Shown here in pieces: positions 8,989 through 18,499 of a stretch of 64,000 nt of DNA. The stretch's first letter is position 1. Every line of letters begins with the position of its first letter. Position numbers and translations under genes: made by a program. Source of the stretch: Rhodospirillaceae bacterium (GTDB taxonomy: Bacteria > Pseudomonadota > Alphaproteobacteria > Thalassobaculales > Thalassobaculaceae); assembly GCA_002690995.1 (NCBI GenBank), contig NZGS01000103.1, positions 2,280-66,279 of the forward strand, in the 5' to 3' direction. The notes under the pieces were generated by a model. It was not told the DNA's origin. It did not search any database and was given only the letters and a program-made list of their open reading frames with translations.

Positions 8989-9921
8989 ATGAAAGTATTG
9001 GACGACTATATTCTAAACCCCTTCGGGTCGGGCAATTCATGCATTGATACGGTAAATGGTGAATGTCTTCGTGGCATTTCCTTGGAGGACTGTCATGCAA
9101 GATGCGAATCCTCGGACAATTGTCATTTAGGAATGTATATTAAACCACCATGGACAAAATCATATTGTTTACCGTTCAACACCATCGATTACCTGAATCG
9201 CCCCCTCGCGCGAATGCTGGTTCACAAACAAAACAAATCACAGTTCTCTACCGACAAAAACGTTGATATGCATCTGTTTTACAATGAAAAGATCTATCCA
9301 TCCCTTGTCGTGCCCCAAAAACTCATTCTGAATCATGCGATTTGTCATTTACAAGTTCGTAAAGATGGTACAACTTATTACGTCTCGAATCAACTTACCT
9401 TGTCAACTTCTATCCCCGCGATACCTTTTGTGTTTGGCTTGGGACAACATTCCTACATTCGTCTGATGAGTGGAACAAATTTGTTTTGGTCGAATTATGA
9501 TCGAACTGAAATTTTGACGTGTAATTTTAAAACCAAATCGTTCGAATGGAAGCCCGTCACCGCTCTCCCCGATGAGGAAAACCAATTTTGTGCGAAACAG
9601 AACAACCAACGATTCATTGACTATGATGATGATATTACATTAACAATGTCCCAAGGCGATACAATCTATTTTCTCAGTTTTGACCCAGAATTGAAGTTGT
9701 CTAAGCACAAGCCCAATCTTTCGATGCGATGGGTCAAAGCAGGTGAACCTGCTGCAGCCTCGATCGACGAAAATACCAAGATTATGGAAAACTACTTGGC
9801 ACAAATTTCAAACGAGAATCAATGTAATCATGCTCTCTATCTTACCATTATCGTTTTTGTCATTATATTTTTTTTGGTAATTTTTCTGTTATATAAATGG
9901 AAATGTATTCAACTTTTTTGA
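8989..9921 (+). CDS. hypothetical tail-anchored membrane protein with Cys-rich PAN/apple-like N-terminal region
   Basis: The N-terminal region is CIDTVNGECLRGISLEDCHARCESSDNCHLGMYIKPPWTKSYCLPF. The C-terminal helix is LYLTIIVFVIIFFLVIFLLY. The domain assignment is tentative. Confidence 0.4.
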   Translation: MKVLDDYILNPFGSGNSCIDTVNGECLRGISLEDCHARCESSDNCHLGMYIKPPWTKSYCLPFNTIDYLNRPLARMLVHKQNKSQFSTDKNVDMHLFYNEKIYPSLVVPQKLILNHAICHLQVRKDGTTYYVSNQLTLSTSIPAIPFVFGLGQHSYIRLMSGTNLFWSNYDRTEILTCNFKTKSFEWKPVTALPDEENQFCAKQNNQRFIDYDDDITLTMSQGDTIYFLSFDPELKLSKHKPNLSMRWVKAGEPAAASIDENTKIMENYLAQISNENQCNHALYLTIIVFVIIFFLVIFLLYKWKCIQLF

Positions 9922-10205
9922 AACTACCGTACATTTCGCAAGACCTCCTCCATTATCACATTATCCCCTATATTCCTGCGCTCGATTTGACGCCAACCAT
10001 ATTGAAACAACACAAATATCGTCTCCGACTCTACAACAAAATAAAAAGTCTGTGTCTTCTCGAACATCCAGATATACACAGGGACATTATGGAAAATTAT
10101 GATGGAACGACAAACTATACGTTTGATAACGAACATTTTTTTCTACATGTTCGTTATTCCATCAAGTCCAACCGAATCATGGACTATTTTTCAATTTCAT
10201 TCTAA
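9897..10205 (+). CDS. hypothetical protein (weak F-box-like N-terminus)
   Basis: This is a 102-aa ORF. LPYISQDLLHYHIIPYI loosely resembles an F-box start. Confidence 0.3.
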   Translation: MEMYSTFLKLPYISQDLLHYHIIPYIPALDLTPTILKQHKYRLRLYNKIKSLCLLEHPDIHRDIMENYDGTTNYTFDNEHFFLHVRYSIKSNRIMDYFSISF

Positions 10206-10816
10206 TTGTCTGGAATGATTAAAACCATTTCATTTTCATCCAAAATAAACGATACCCCATAATTTTGTGACACGTGGGACGATGTTGACGAATTGTGCTG
10301 TTGAAGAATTTTAACCTGTTTTCGATACGATCGTGTTATACGATACATTTCCTTGTTAAACCAACAATGACATTGTTCCCATGGTCTTGTGATGGTGTTG
10401 TAGTAATTCTCCAAGGCAGCCAATATTAATTCATTACCTACTTCAACCATGATAAACCCCGTAAAAATATACCGATAATTATAATGGTTCAGCCATGAAC
10501 TTACCAATACCACATCCTCTGTCAATAATGCCTCCAGGTTTTTGTCCACAGTTGCCTTGCAATCCACATATACCCCCCCGTTTTGAAAAAGATAATACAA
10601 GACGAACAAATTGGTACGATCGCCTTCTCGCTCAAAGGACCAAAATTTTTCCTCGATGTTTGAAAATCCGCATAAAGGATGGTTTCGAAAGTACTCAACC
10701 ATTCCTGGCTCATCGAATTTATGATATTGCCAATGTGGTAAAATATCCCGCCATATTCTTTCCGCAGGTGGCTCGAATGCAGAGGGACAAACCTGTACAA
10801 ACAACTTGGGTATCAT
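10202..10816 (-). CDS. glycosyltransferase, GT32/OCH1-like sugar-binding region
   Basis: The N-terminal segment is IPKLFVQV...W...LPHWQYHKFDE, followed by RTNLFVLYYLFQNGGVYVDCKA. This fits the pattern D-x2-R-x3-LY-x2-GG-x-Y-x-D. Confidence 0.55.
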   Translation of the reverse strand: MIPKLFVQVCPSAFEPPAERIWRDILPHWQYHKFDEPGMVEYFRNHPLCGFSNIEEKFWSFEREGDRTNLFVLYYLFQNGGVYVDCKATVDKNLEALLTEDVVLVSSWLNHYNYRYIFTGFIMVEVGNELILAALENYYNTITRPWEQCHCWFNKEMYRITRSYRKQVKILQQHNSSTSSHVSQNYGVSFILDENEMVLIIPDN

Positions 10817-11034
10817 TACATTTCTATACAGTGAAACTTTTCTTTATATCGGACAAAAATTTACAGGTGCAAAAAAAAAAGGACTCTCAAAAATTTTATT
10901 TAAAATACACATATTAAAAAACTTATTCGTTTTACTATTTTCTGTTTTTTCCAAAAAGACATATGAAAAAATTATTGAATTTAATCGATAAATTTTTCAG
11001 TGAACTAAAAAAAATTATATATTATAAATTTAAT

Positions 11035-11484
11035 ATGTATTATTTTGCTTATGGATCAAATATGGACACAACACATTTTTTTAAATTTATTTCTGAAGAT
11101 TGTACAGTAGTCATTGGTTCTTGTTATATCGATAATTATATTTTTAAGTATAGAAATATTAAAAGTATTAAATTACGATCAGGTGTTGCAAATATTGAAA
11201 AACGTATGAATTCAAAAACATATGGTGTCCTATATTTTTTAGATGACAATACAATGCTACAAAAATTAGATAAAAAGGAAGGATTTATTTCTGAATCTAA
11301 TAGTGAAAACATATATAATAAAATAACAGTGAAAGCAAAACTATTAAATAGTAATAAAGAAATTTTATGCTTTACTTATCAAATTAATGAAAATGTTTCA
11401 TTAGATGAACGTAAGCCTAGATTAGAGTATAGAATGCATAATTTACCAGAAAGTCATATTAAGAGAACTAATTATTTGTTTTGA
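11035..11484 (+). CDS. gamma-glutamyl cyclotransferase / AIG2-like protein
   Basis: The GGCT-fold pattern is present: MYYFAYGSNMD, then GVLYFLDDNTMLQKLDKKEG. The start was moved to ATG 11035. The gene is much more AT-rich than its neighbours. Confidence 0.6.
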   Translation: MYYFAYGSNMDTTHFFKFISEDCTVVIGSCYIDNYIFKYRNIKSIKLRSGVANIEKRMNSKTYGVLYFLDDNTMLQKLDKKEGFISESNSENIYNKITVKAKLLNSNKEILCFTYQINENVSLDERKPRLEYRMHNLPESHIKRTNYLF

Positions 11485-11518
11485 TTATAATTTTTCCGAT
11501 CTTCAAATCTGACCGTAT

Positions 11519-11953
11519 TTAAAAAAAATGCACATCGTCGCCGGTTCGAATGGACTCTTGTAACACTGACTGGAGATCCGAAATACCACGTAATGTTCTG
11601 CTACACAAAGAATCACGAACAGTCCGAAATGTTTTCATGAAGCGCTTTGTCTCATAGGACGTCATGGATCCTTGGTCCTCTATTGCTATAAATGGAAAAA
11701 ATCCTTCAAGGTCAAAACGCCAAAATTCCATTTGAAACTCTGGATAATTTAATTTTCGATATTGCTTGTCCTTTAATGTTTGAATTAAAATGTCAATCAT
11801 AACATTTTTCCCCTGCACTTCTGATTCCATTTCCAAATAATCTTTCAAAGCAATCAACAGGCTTGTATGAAGTTCTGTCATTGCTCCGTAGGAGCCACAT
11901 TTAACTGAGACATTGTTGCACGCAGCGTCAAGACCCATTTCTACATGATACAT
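11519..11953 (-). CDS. hypothetical protein
   Basis: This 144-aa ORF is unopposed. No motif was recognised. Confidence 0.4.
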   Translation of the reverse strand: MYHVEMGLDAACNNVSVKCGSYGAMTELHTSLLIALKDYLEMESEVQGKNVMIDILIQTLKDKQYRKLNYPEFQMEFWRFDLEGFFPFIAIEDQGSMTSYETKRFMKTFRTVRDSLCSRTLRGISDLQSVLQESIRTGDDVHFF

Positions 11954-12082
11954 TGTGTGATAAAGAGAAATATGGATAAAGAGAAATATAGTTTATAAAA
12001 AAGTTGGCTTGGAACATAATTAATCAAACCCTCTATACTTTTTTACAATTTTCAAATATAATCATTTTTTATAGGACAAGAA

Positions 12083-12403
12083 TTGATAAACATTATTTTT
12101 TTCGTAATAGTAAATATGCATTCCTTTTATATCGCCTCTGGATACATCGGTTCCTTCTTAATCTCCGTTGTTCTCATCCCACAAGTATACATTACGTTTA
12201 AAACGAAAGACGTTGAGGGTCTTTCATATACATTTCTTCTTTTGCGATGCGTTTCAGCAATCTTCTTTGCATTATACGCAACAGGCATTGTAATTGAGGA
12301 AAATGTTATTGATGGCGCACCGATTGTCATAGCGAACATACTTATTATCGTTTCTACCTTTATTCTATTATATGCGAAACATAAATTTAAAAAACAAAAG
12401 TAG
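12083..12403 (+). CDS. PQ-loop three-helix membrane protein, second copy
   Basis: The PQ motif SVVLIPQVYITFKTKDVEGLS lies after helix 1, and there are three hydrophobic helices. The start may be the ATG at 12116 (MHSFYIASG). Confidence 0.65.
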   Translation: MINIIFFVIVNMHSFYIASGYIGSFLISVVLIPQVYITFKTKDVEGLSYTFLLLRCVSAIFFALYATGIVIEENVIDGAPIVIANILIIVSTFILLYAKHKFKKQK

Positions 12404-12461
12404 AATTAATAAAGGAATTTCATGACTGGAAAATATGGAATAAGTGGTCCAATCGGATCAC

Positions 12462-13283
12462 CTATCTACCAGACCAGACTTTTACAAATGGTAGATCGTA
12501 TGCATCTTTTCGTTCAAATTGCAAATTCCAAGGGACATATTTGTGAATGTCACCAAATAATGTCTTGTTTACGCCGTCTTTTTGTAACATGCATGCAAGA
12601 ACTCTTTCAAACGAACACCGATTATATTTTGTAGTGATATGATTTAGTAATTTATAAAAATGATATTTATTATCCAGATAAACTAAATAATCATGGGTGA
12701 TAATACACATTGCTCCAAAGCATCCTTTCCATTGACTTTTGCTTTGGTAGAATTTTTTTAATGCAGGATCGTTGATAATATTTATGATTTTTGTTTCGTC
12801 CTTTATTTGATCCCAATCATGTCCGAAGCTCCATAGCATTTTGTAATTATCTACAGTTAAATCGACTTTTTTTTTTATAAACACCGAATCATGTATGATG
12901 AGCGCCGCTTTAAATTCCTTATTTGTCAGATAATAGTAGTACGGCAACAGTTCTCCCCTCCCTCGGAACTCCGCTTCTATTATTTTAGTTTTATATAATG
13001 GGTGATCGGTAACATATTCGGATTTACTCCCATCATCGATAAGAAGAATTTTATTTTCGGGGTATAACTTTCTAATGCAATCATAACAATATTTCCAATA
13101 TTTATCCGTTCTGGCACTGTTTACATGTCGTAGGATAATAAATCCAAAGTCGTCAATCTGATCGTTGGAACTTCCCACATCGCTTTTTCGATTACTCTGG
13201 TCGTCTTGTAAGTGTTTTTCCATTCTCTTACAATTAGATAAAAAATTTTTTTTTTGCAATCGGTGTCGGTGTTGATGAATCAA
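12462..13283 (-). CDS. putative nucleotide-sugar-dependent glycosyltransferase (GT-A-like)
   Basis: FIILRHVNSARTDKYWKYCYDCIRKLYPENKILLIDDGS resembles the N-terminal beta-alpha-beta plus DD-x-S of GT-A enzymes. The assignment is tentative. Confidence 0.45.
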   Translation of the reverse strand: MIHQHRHRLQKKNFLSNCKRMEKHLQDDQSNRKSDVGSSNDQIDDFGFIILRHVNSARTDKYWKYCYDCIRKLYPENKILLIDDGSKSEYVTDHPLYKTKIIEAEFRGRGELLPYYYYLTNKEFKAALIIHDSVFIKKKVDLTVDNYKMLWSFGHDWDQIKDETKIINIINDPALKKFYQSKSQWKGCFGAMCIITHDYLVYLDNKYHFYKLLNHITTKYNRCSFERVLACMLQKDGVNKTLFGDIHKYVPWNLQFERKDAYDLPFVKVWSGR

Positions 13284-13356
13284 AACCCCTTTTTAGACTA
13301 AAGAAAATTCCAAGCGTGATTCACAGACCAAGAAGGAGGGAAGATAGTACAAAATC

Positions 13357-13388
13357 AATGAAAACATGTATTTTTTCTTGTTTTCATT
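13357..13388 (-). terminator. hairpin about 90 nt downstream of the prolyl hydroxylase stop
   Basis: AATGAAAACA (13357-13366) and TGTTTTCATT (13379-13388) are perfect reverse complements with a 12-nt loop. Confidence 0.4.
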
Positions 13389-13476
13389 CGCTTTAGTTTT
13401 TTTATAAGGAAAAAAAATTATTTAATATTCCTATTTTACTATTATAGTGTCTTGATTGTTGTATTATGTGATTGTT

Positions 13477-14220
13477 TTAGGAGATGGAGTTTTCTCTAAA
13501 CCATTTTGTAATAATATATTTCTCACCTTGCAAAACCGGCAGACCTTCGTGAAGAGTATCATGGTTGATTTTCCCGTTTGGTAAAATGTTATACCAAACA
13601 ACGGCCATTCCTGTTATTGGTTTAATTTTTAGATTTAAACGTTCAAAATGTGTCTCTCCTCCAACAGTAACATCGTTAAGGTATATCATAAAGGTCCAAG
13701 AACGATTCCCTCCGCGAAAATACCTGTCCTTTGGAATTGTTGTGAATGCGTCAGTGTGAAGCTTAAATTGGTTACCCTTCTTATATCGTTGAATTTGAAA
13801 AGGCTCAGAAAACGAGTCAGATATATTGACAGCGTTACAAATTTTGGTGTTGATTGTATCCCAAAATGGATTTTGGGGAAGATTTCGTGGATGGCAGGTT
13901 GAACTTGAGCGAAAATTGGGATCTGCATATGTTGATGCTGAAAACAGACTCGACGTTTCAAAGTGCGGACCGGCAAGTTCAATAACTGTTCGGCATTCAG
14001 CTGAAGTAAGAAAGTTTTTTATGAAATAGATTTGAAAGTTTTTTACGGGGAAGAGGACTTTTGTCAAGTTAGGTACTCGGAAAATTCGATCTGCAATAAT
14101 CTGATTTGCATTGATTTTTGGAAATCTTTTTTTAAGTGTTTGTTTCAGAATTTCTAGATTAGAGCCGCGGGAGAGATTTGTATCAATCCAAACGAGCCAC
14201 GATTGAGGTAGTATAGACAT
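13477..14220 (-). CDS. prolyl 4-hydroxylase-like 2OG-Fe(II) oxygenase
   Basis: The H-x-D site is KLHTDAF and the distal His is TLHEGLPV. The 2OG-binding basic residue is in GEKYIITKW, and GGETHF precedes the jelly-roll core. Confidence 0.85.
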   Translation of the reverse strand: MSILPQSWLVWIDTNLSRGSNLEILKQTLKKRFPKINANQIIADRIFRVPNLTKVLFPVKNFQIYFIKNFLTSAECRTVIELAGPHFETSSLFSASTYADPNFRSSSTCHPRNLPQNPFWDTINTKICNAVNISDSFSEPFQIQRYKKGNQFKLHTDAFTTIPKDRYFRGGNRSWTFMIYLNDVTVGGETHFERLNLKIKPITGMAVVWYNILPNGKINHDTLHEGLPVLQGEKYIITKWFRENSIS

Positions 14221-14286
14221 CTTTTCTATAAAGAAGAGAAAATTTAATTTTGTGACGAAAAAAAAATTCCCTTATTTAGTATCTTT

Positions 14287-17200
14287 TTAATGTCGGAACG
14301 ATTTATCGTGTCTTTCCCAGTGTTCAACATAGCGGAAAGGACAAATATTGTGTTCACTATGAAGACAATACTCCAAAACGAATCCCTGTTTTTCAAGTTT
14401 CTTTTCCCATTCAAGTTTTTGATGAAAGCTAGAGACATTATTTCGTATTAATATATTTTCTACTTGCGAGAAATCGTCAATATCCTCTGCTAACAAAAGG
14501 TTATTTATAATTAATATACAAGGACTCTTGATATGAATCGGTGGTGCGGTATGAATCGTTGGATGGAAACCTTGGTGTTCCGCAAAGTTTCGAAAGGACT
14601 CGACAAATGGTGAATCACGCATGAAGGATATGATCTTTTTGTTCGCATTGAAGCAGTACAAAGAGCTGTTACCTACACCAATTTCGACGACATCTTTGTG
14701 CAGCGAGGTGAGATATTTTGCGAGCAGTTTTTCCCATTGTACATCTCTTGAAAAAAGGAAACTTTCGCTAGGCTTCCATGATGGCGGTGAAATGTGCGTT
14801 TTAGAGTAAATGGCGAAATCTTCATTTTCAAAATGTTTTTGAACACCGAAAAGATCAATGGAATTTTCTCCTTGCTTTTCTACGAGTAATATCCCCCCAG
14901 ATTGTAGCAAAAACATGGCATTATTCAGAATTACATTCTGTTTGGGCATTTGATTGACATATATAATGTCAAATTTATGACTTTTTTTGATCAATTGAAT
15001 CAAAGCATTCAAGGGAGCGTTTTTAAGGATTGTATGGTCGATCCATCGTTTTGCATTATATTCAAAAAAACAAGATGGCGATCCTTCGTTGACGATGGTG
15101 AGACGACAACCATTCACTTCTCGAAAAAAATAATCTGCCATGACACCCATTTCATCTTCTAATAACAATATCGAGGTATGACCGGGGCTGCCATGGATCA
15201 ATGATTGCAAGACGTTGCGGTCCTTATGTGTGATCATGGATTGACTTGAAAAAAAGGAGATTGAATCTGTCTGCAAGACGTTTCGGAAATGTTGCTCACG
15301 GACTTCCCAAGTCATAGATTCTGCCCAATCAAAATTACGTTGGACGTAGTCATTGCGATCAATATTCCCAGAAAATATCCCTTGGATGACACTGAGGGCG
15401 TTTTCCATCCAATTCAGAGTACGCGGATCACCTGGGATAATAATACCCCGGTTTCCAATTGAAGACGCCAGACCACAATCACCAGACGACACAACGAGAG
15501 TTCGTGATGCTGCCGCTTCCAATGCTGTCATGCAAAACGTTTCTTGAAACGTGCAAGGATATAACCAAATATCCGCTTTCCCCCAGGCATCATACAAGAC
15601 GTTTTTTCCAACAAAGCCGTGAAAAACAACATGGTATGCATGCAGTTCATCTTGGTGTTCTTTTATCCATGTTATTTCATTTTGGGCCCGGGACAAGGAA
15701 AAAGGATTGTCTAAATCCGAGTAGACATGCAAACTCACATCATGACTGAGACGATATATATCAGGCCACATTTTCAAAAGCACATATAATCCGCGATCGG
15801 GTGTGGAGGAGTAATGAAATCGCATGGGTACCTTTTCCTGTATTTTCAACAAGGATGACGGTACAGCAGGTTGTAATATTCTCAATTTTGTAGGACAAGG
15901 TATGTGGGGAGTAACATGCTGTTGTAGTTCTTTTGAAACACAGAATATTGTCTTTAATTTGAATCCGTCATGGAAATGATCAAAGTGGGTCACGAAATCA
16001 TGCAAAATCAAGTATACGTTCTCCACGTTTGGTGCCAGCATGGCCAACGATGAATAGGCCACACTTCGATTAATGATGCAGTATTGTATATAGTGTTCTC
16101 TGGCAAATTCAGCAAACGTCGGGAGAGGAGAATAAGTGACATTATGGTGCGAAACAATGGTGGAGCATTCGCAAAAAATTCGCAAATCATATTGTTTCGA
16201 ATTGGCCATGGTTTCTGCCAACTGAATAATAAAAGTTTCACTTCCTCCGATTCCTTTCTGATGGAGGTCTTTGCCTGTCCATGATGTCCATCCAAACGGT
16301 ACGATGAAGCAGACAATGGGTTTCTTGCATAGGTTTGGTCGATAAATTGGAACCAACCATTGATTTAGAATAACATGTAGCTGAGGAAACAAATAAATAG
16401 GAACATATAAATGTTTTTCAAGATGCCATTGTTGAATGATTGATTTGTGTTGTTCCAACAATTGACTAGCACGGATTGCATAGAGACTATCGCGAAAATG
16501 GAGTGCAAGACGTAAAACATAATGTGGAATATAAAAGTAATACATGGTTGGTTTGAAAAAGGAAGGTCCAGGTATTCCAATATCGAACGCAACTTTGAAA
16601 TATGAAAAGGCCTTGTTCCATTCATTGATTTCAAAATAGTAAATGCCCAGCATAAAATCAGATTCCGGTCGTGATGGATCAATTTGTTTCGCCAATTGAT
16701 AATATTTCTCAAAGACGTCCAAACCTGATTTTTCATGATTATGATGTATTCGTCCGAGCTCAAAAGCACAATTCCATCTTTCAATGAGACTTCCCTTATA
16801 TTTGATGGGCAGCCGCTTTTCGTAGTATTGAATGGCTTTTCCCCAATTTTGCAAAAAACGATTCAGTTCCCCAAGTTGAAACATAATTTTGTCATTATGC
16901 GGTTGATCTTGGAGATTTTTCTCAAGCATGGGGATTTCAAAATGTTTGTGTCGCTCAAGTGTCCTCTGAATCGATTCTTCGTCCAATGAATCTTCAATGT
17001 AGAAGTGTTCTTGGGGAATTCTTTCAATACTGTCTGTAGAGATATTTAACTCTTCGAGTATTTTTCCTTGGAACCGTAATTTCTGATAACTGGGAAAAAT
17101 TCGGCATGATAAAAAATGGGTGTCCGCCCGGTGTACATAATAAGAATAACAAGATGTATCATTTTGTGTACAGAGAGCCTCCAGTGTCTCTCGAAAGTTT

Positions 17201-17988
17201 CCATGAATTTTATAGGAATCATCCAAGACCATCGTGAACTTGTAAAACCCCTGACAACAGTCAAGGGCATAATTACGTGCCTGTTCAAAATTTTCAAAAT
17301 GGCAAAAGAACAAGGTTCCTTGTTTTTGATCAATCAATTCCTTCTCTATGACTTGAACAGTTGTGTCCGTACTTCCAGTGTCGACAATCGTCCAATGATC
17401 CACAAGATGTGCGTTATGAAGAATCATGTCTTTGAAGAGATCTCCTCCATTTTTGACAATCATGCACACTTCTACGAGGTTATCAAACAACACACTATTG
17501 TCGGTACATGGAAAAATGGCTTCAAATCCTGGACACCATGAACGTGGAAGGTACACATAAGTGTTTTCCTTTTCCCAAAAATATTCTTGCATATTGGGTG
17601 CCCACCATTGTTCTGGTGATAAATAGACACAGTTGTTTGAACCCGGAGGACAACGGCCCGTTAGATCCACAAACACATGGAAAAAATCTACATCGGTACC
17701 AGAACTGCGATGGACATTACTTACATGATGTATATTTTTATTTTCCTCGAGCGCCGCAACTTGTGGTATTGTAGACGAATTAAGTATGAAAATGTTGTCG
17801 TAGAATGGACTGAGCTCTATTCCGAGGAATCCTCCGAGATGGGGATGAGACAATAGCAGCGTATCAAAGGTACGATTACAGTTTAATTTTTTCAAGAATG
17901 CTGCATACCGTTCAAGATTTTCAGGTTTCTTTTCAAAAGTTTCATTTTCATCGACGCAATAAAATTTCTGATTCCATTCCACCTTCAT
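14287..17988 (-). CDS. 1233-aa multidomain glycan-building enzyme (GT2-like + TPR + GT1/GT4-like + methyltransferase-like)
   Basis: In N-to-C order: CMIVKNGGDLFKDMILHN...WTIVDTGSTDTT (GT2 type), then TPR-like helices (WGKAIQYYEKRL, EWNKAFSYFKVAF). Next come GIGGSETF...FQETFCMTALEAAASRTLVV (GT4 E-x7-E region) and FDIIYVNQ...LLQSGGILLVEK (class I methyltransferase-like tail). Confidence 0.75.
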   Translation of the reverse strand: MKVEWNQKFYCVDENETFEKKPENLERYAAFLKKLNCNRTFDTLLLSHPHLGGFLGIELSPFYDNIFILNSSTIPQVAALEENKNIHHVSNVHRSSGTDVDFFHVFVDLTGRCPPGSNNCVYLSPEQWWAPNMQEYFWEKENTYVYLPRSWCPGFEAIFPCTDNSVLFDNLVEVCMIVKNGGDLFKDMILHNAHLVDHWTIVDTGSTDTTVQVIEKELIDQKQGTLFFCHFENFEQARNYALDCCQGFYKFTMVLDDSYKIHGNFRETLEALCTQNDTSCYSYYVHRADTHFLSCRIFPSYQKLRFQGKILEELNISTDSIERIPQEHFYIEDSLDEESIQRTLERHKHFEIPMLEKNLQDQPHNDKIMFQLGELNRFLQNWGKAIQYYEKRLPIKYKGSLIERWNCAFELGRIHHNHEKSGLDVFEKYYQLAKQIDPSRPESDFMLGIYYFEINEWNKAFSYFKVAFDIGIPGPSFFKPTMYYFYIPHYVLRLALHFRDSLYAIRASQLLEQHKSIIQQWHLEKHLYVPIYLFPQLHVILNQWLVPIYRPNLCKKPIVCFIVPFGWTSWTGKDLHQKGIGGSETFIIQLAETMANSKQYDLRIFCECSTIVSHHNVTYSPLPTFAEFAREHYIQYCIINRSVAYSSLAMLAPNVENVYLILHDFVTHFDHFHDGFKLKTIFCVSKELQQHVTPHIPCPTKLRILQPAVPSSLLKIQEKVPMRFHYSSTPDRGLYVLLKMWPDIYRLSHDVSLHVYSDLDNPFSLSRAQNEITWIKEHQDELHAYHVVFHGFVGKNVLYDAWGKADIWLYPCTFQETFCMTALEAAASRTLVVSSGDCGLASSIGNRGIIIPGDPRTLNWMENALSVIQGIFSGNIDRNDYVQRNFDWAESMTWEVREQHFRNVLQTDSISFFSSQSMITHKDRNVLQSLIHGSPGHTSILLLEDEMGVMADYFFREVNGCRLTIVNEGSPSCFFEYNAKRWIDHTILKNAPLNALIQLIKKSHKFDIIYVNQMPKQNVILNNAMFLLQSGGILLVEKQGENSIDLFGVQKHFENEDFAIYSKTHISPPSWKPSESFLFSRDVQWEKLLAKYLTSLHKDVVEIGVGNSSLYCFNANKKIISFMRDSPFVESFRNFAEHQGFHPTIHTAPPIHIKSPCILIINNLLLAEDIDDFSQVENILIRNNVSSFHQKLEWEKKLEKQGFVLEYCLHSEHNICPFRYVEHWERHDKSFRH

Positions 17989-18024
17989 TTTCTTAAAAAA
18001 AAATGAATGTTTAAATAATTTAAC

Positions 18025-18453
18025 CTATTTCACCTCAAAATCATGTTCTAAAATGGAAGAAAGACATTGTTCCATGGAGAAATCGGTAGCATCAATGTCA
18101 TAATTTTTTTTGATGAGTTCTCGTAATTCAGCGATGGGGGTTTGTGAATATTTTTTTTTTACATAGGATCGTATGAGATGTATTTCCTCAGAGTTTTGTG
18201 TCAATTTTTCTTGTAGATCCTTCATTTGTTTTTGTCGAAAATTTGATTGTTGACGGGCGGTCAATTGACGCCATGGTTTTACTTGCTTGTTCATTTTTTT
18301 TTGATAGACTTTATAGTACTGAGACGTCGGATGGATTTGTTGCTTCGTGAGGTCGGTCCATAAGTCACGCAACTCATCTACCGATATTTGATAATTTGTG
18401 GCAACGTTTTCTAGAAAGGGGAAAATGGTTTCGTGGTTTACTTGATTCAACAT
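18025..18453 (-). CDS. hypothetical protein
   Basis: This 142-aa ORF is unopposed. No motif was recognised. Confidence 0.4.
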   Translation of the reverse strand: MLNQVNHETIFPFLENVATNYQISVDELRDLWTDLTKQQIHPTSQYYKVYQKKMNKQVKPWRQLTARQQSNFRQKQMKDLQEKLTQNSEEIHLIRSYVKKKYSQTPIAELRELIKKNYDIDATDFSMEQCLSSILEHDFEVK

Positions 18454-18499
18454 AAATATCTTTTATTATGATAAAAAATGCTATAAAAATTTCATTTTT

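Noticed and set aside
14621-17774. Many 60-140-aa ORFs on both strands inside the 1233-aa glycosyltransferase gene. Similar embedded ORFs occur inside FtsH, Hsp70, D5, the aminotransferase and the 826-aa helicase.
   Set aside because: All are nested within long ORFs that carry clear protein-family motifs. They have no motifs of their own and are treated as frame shadows.
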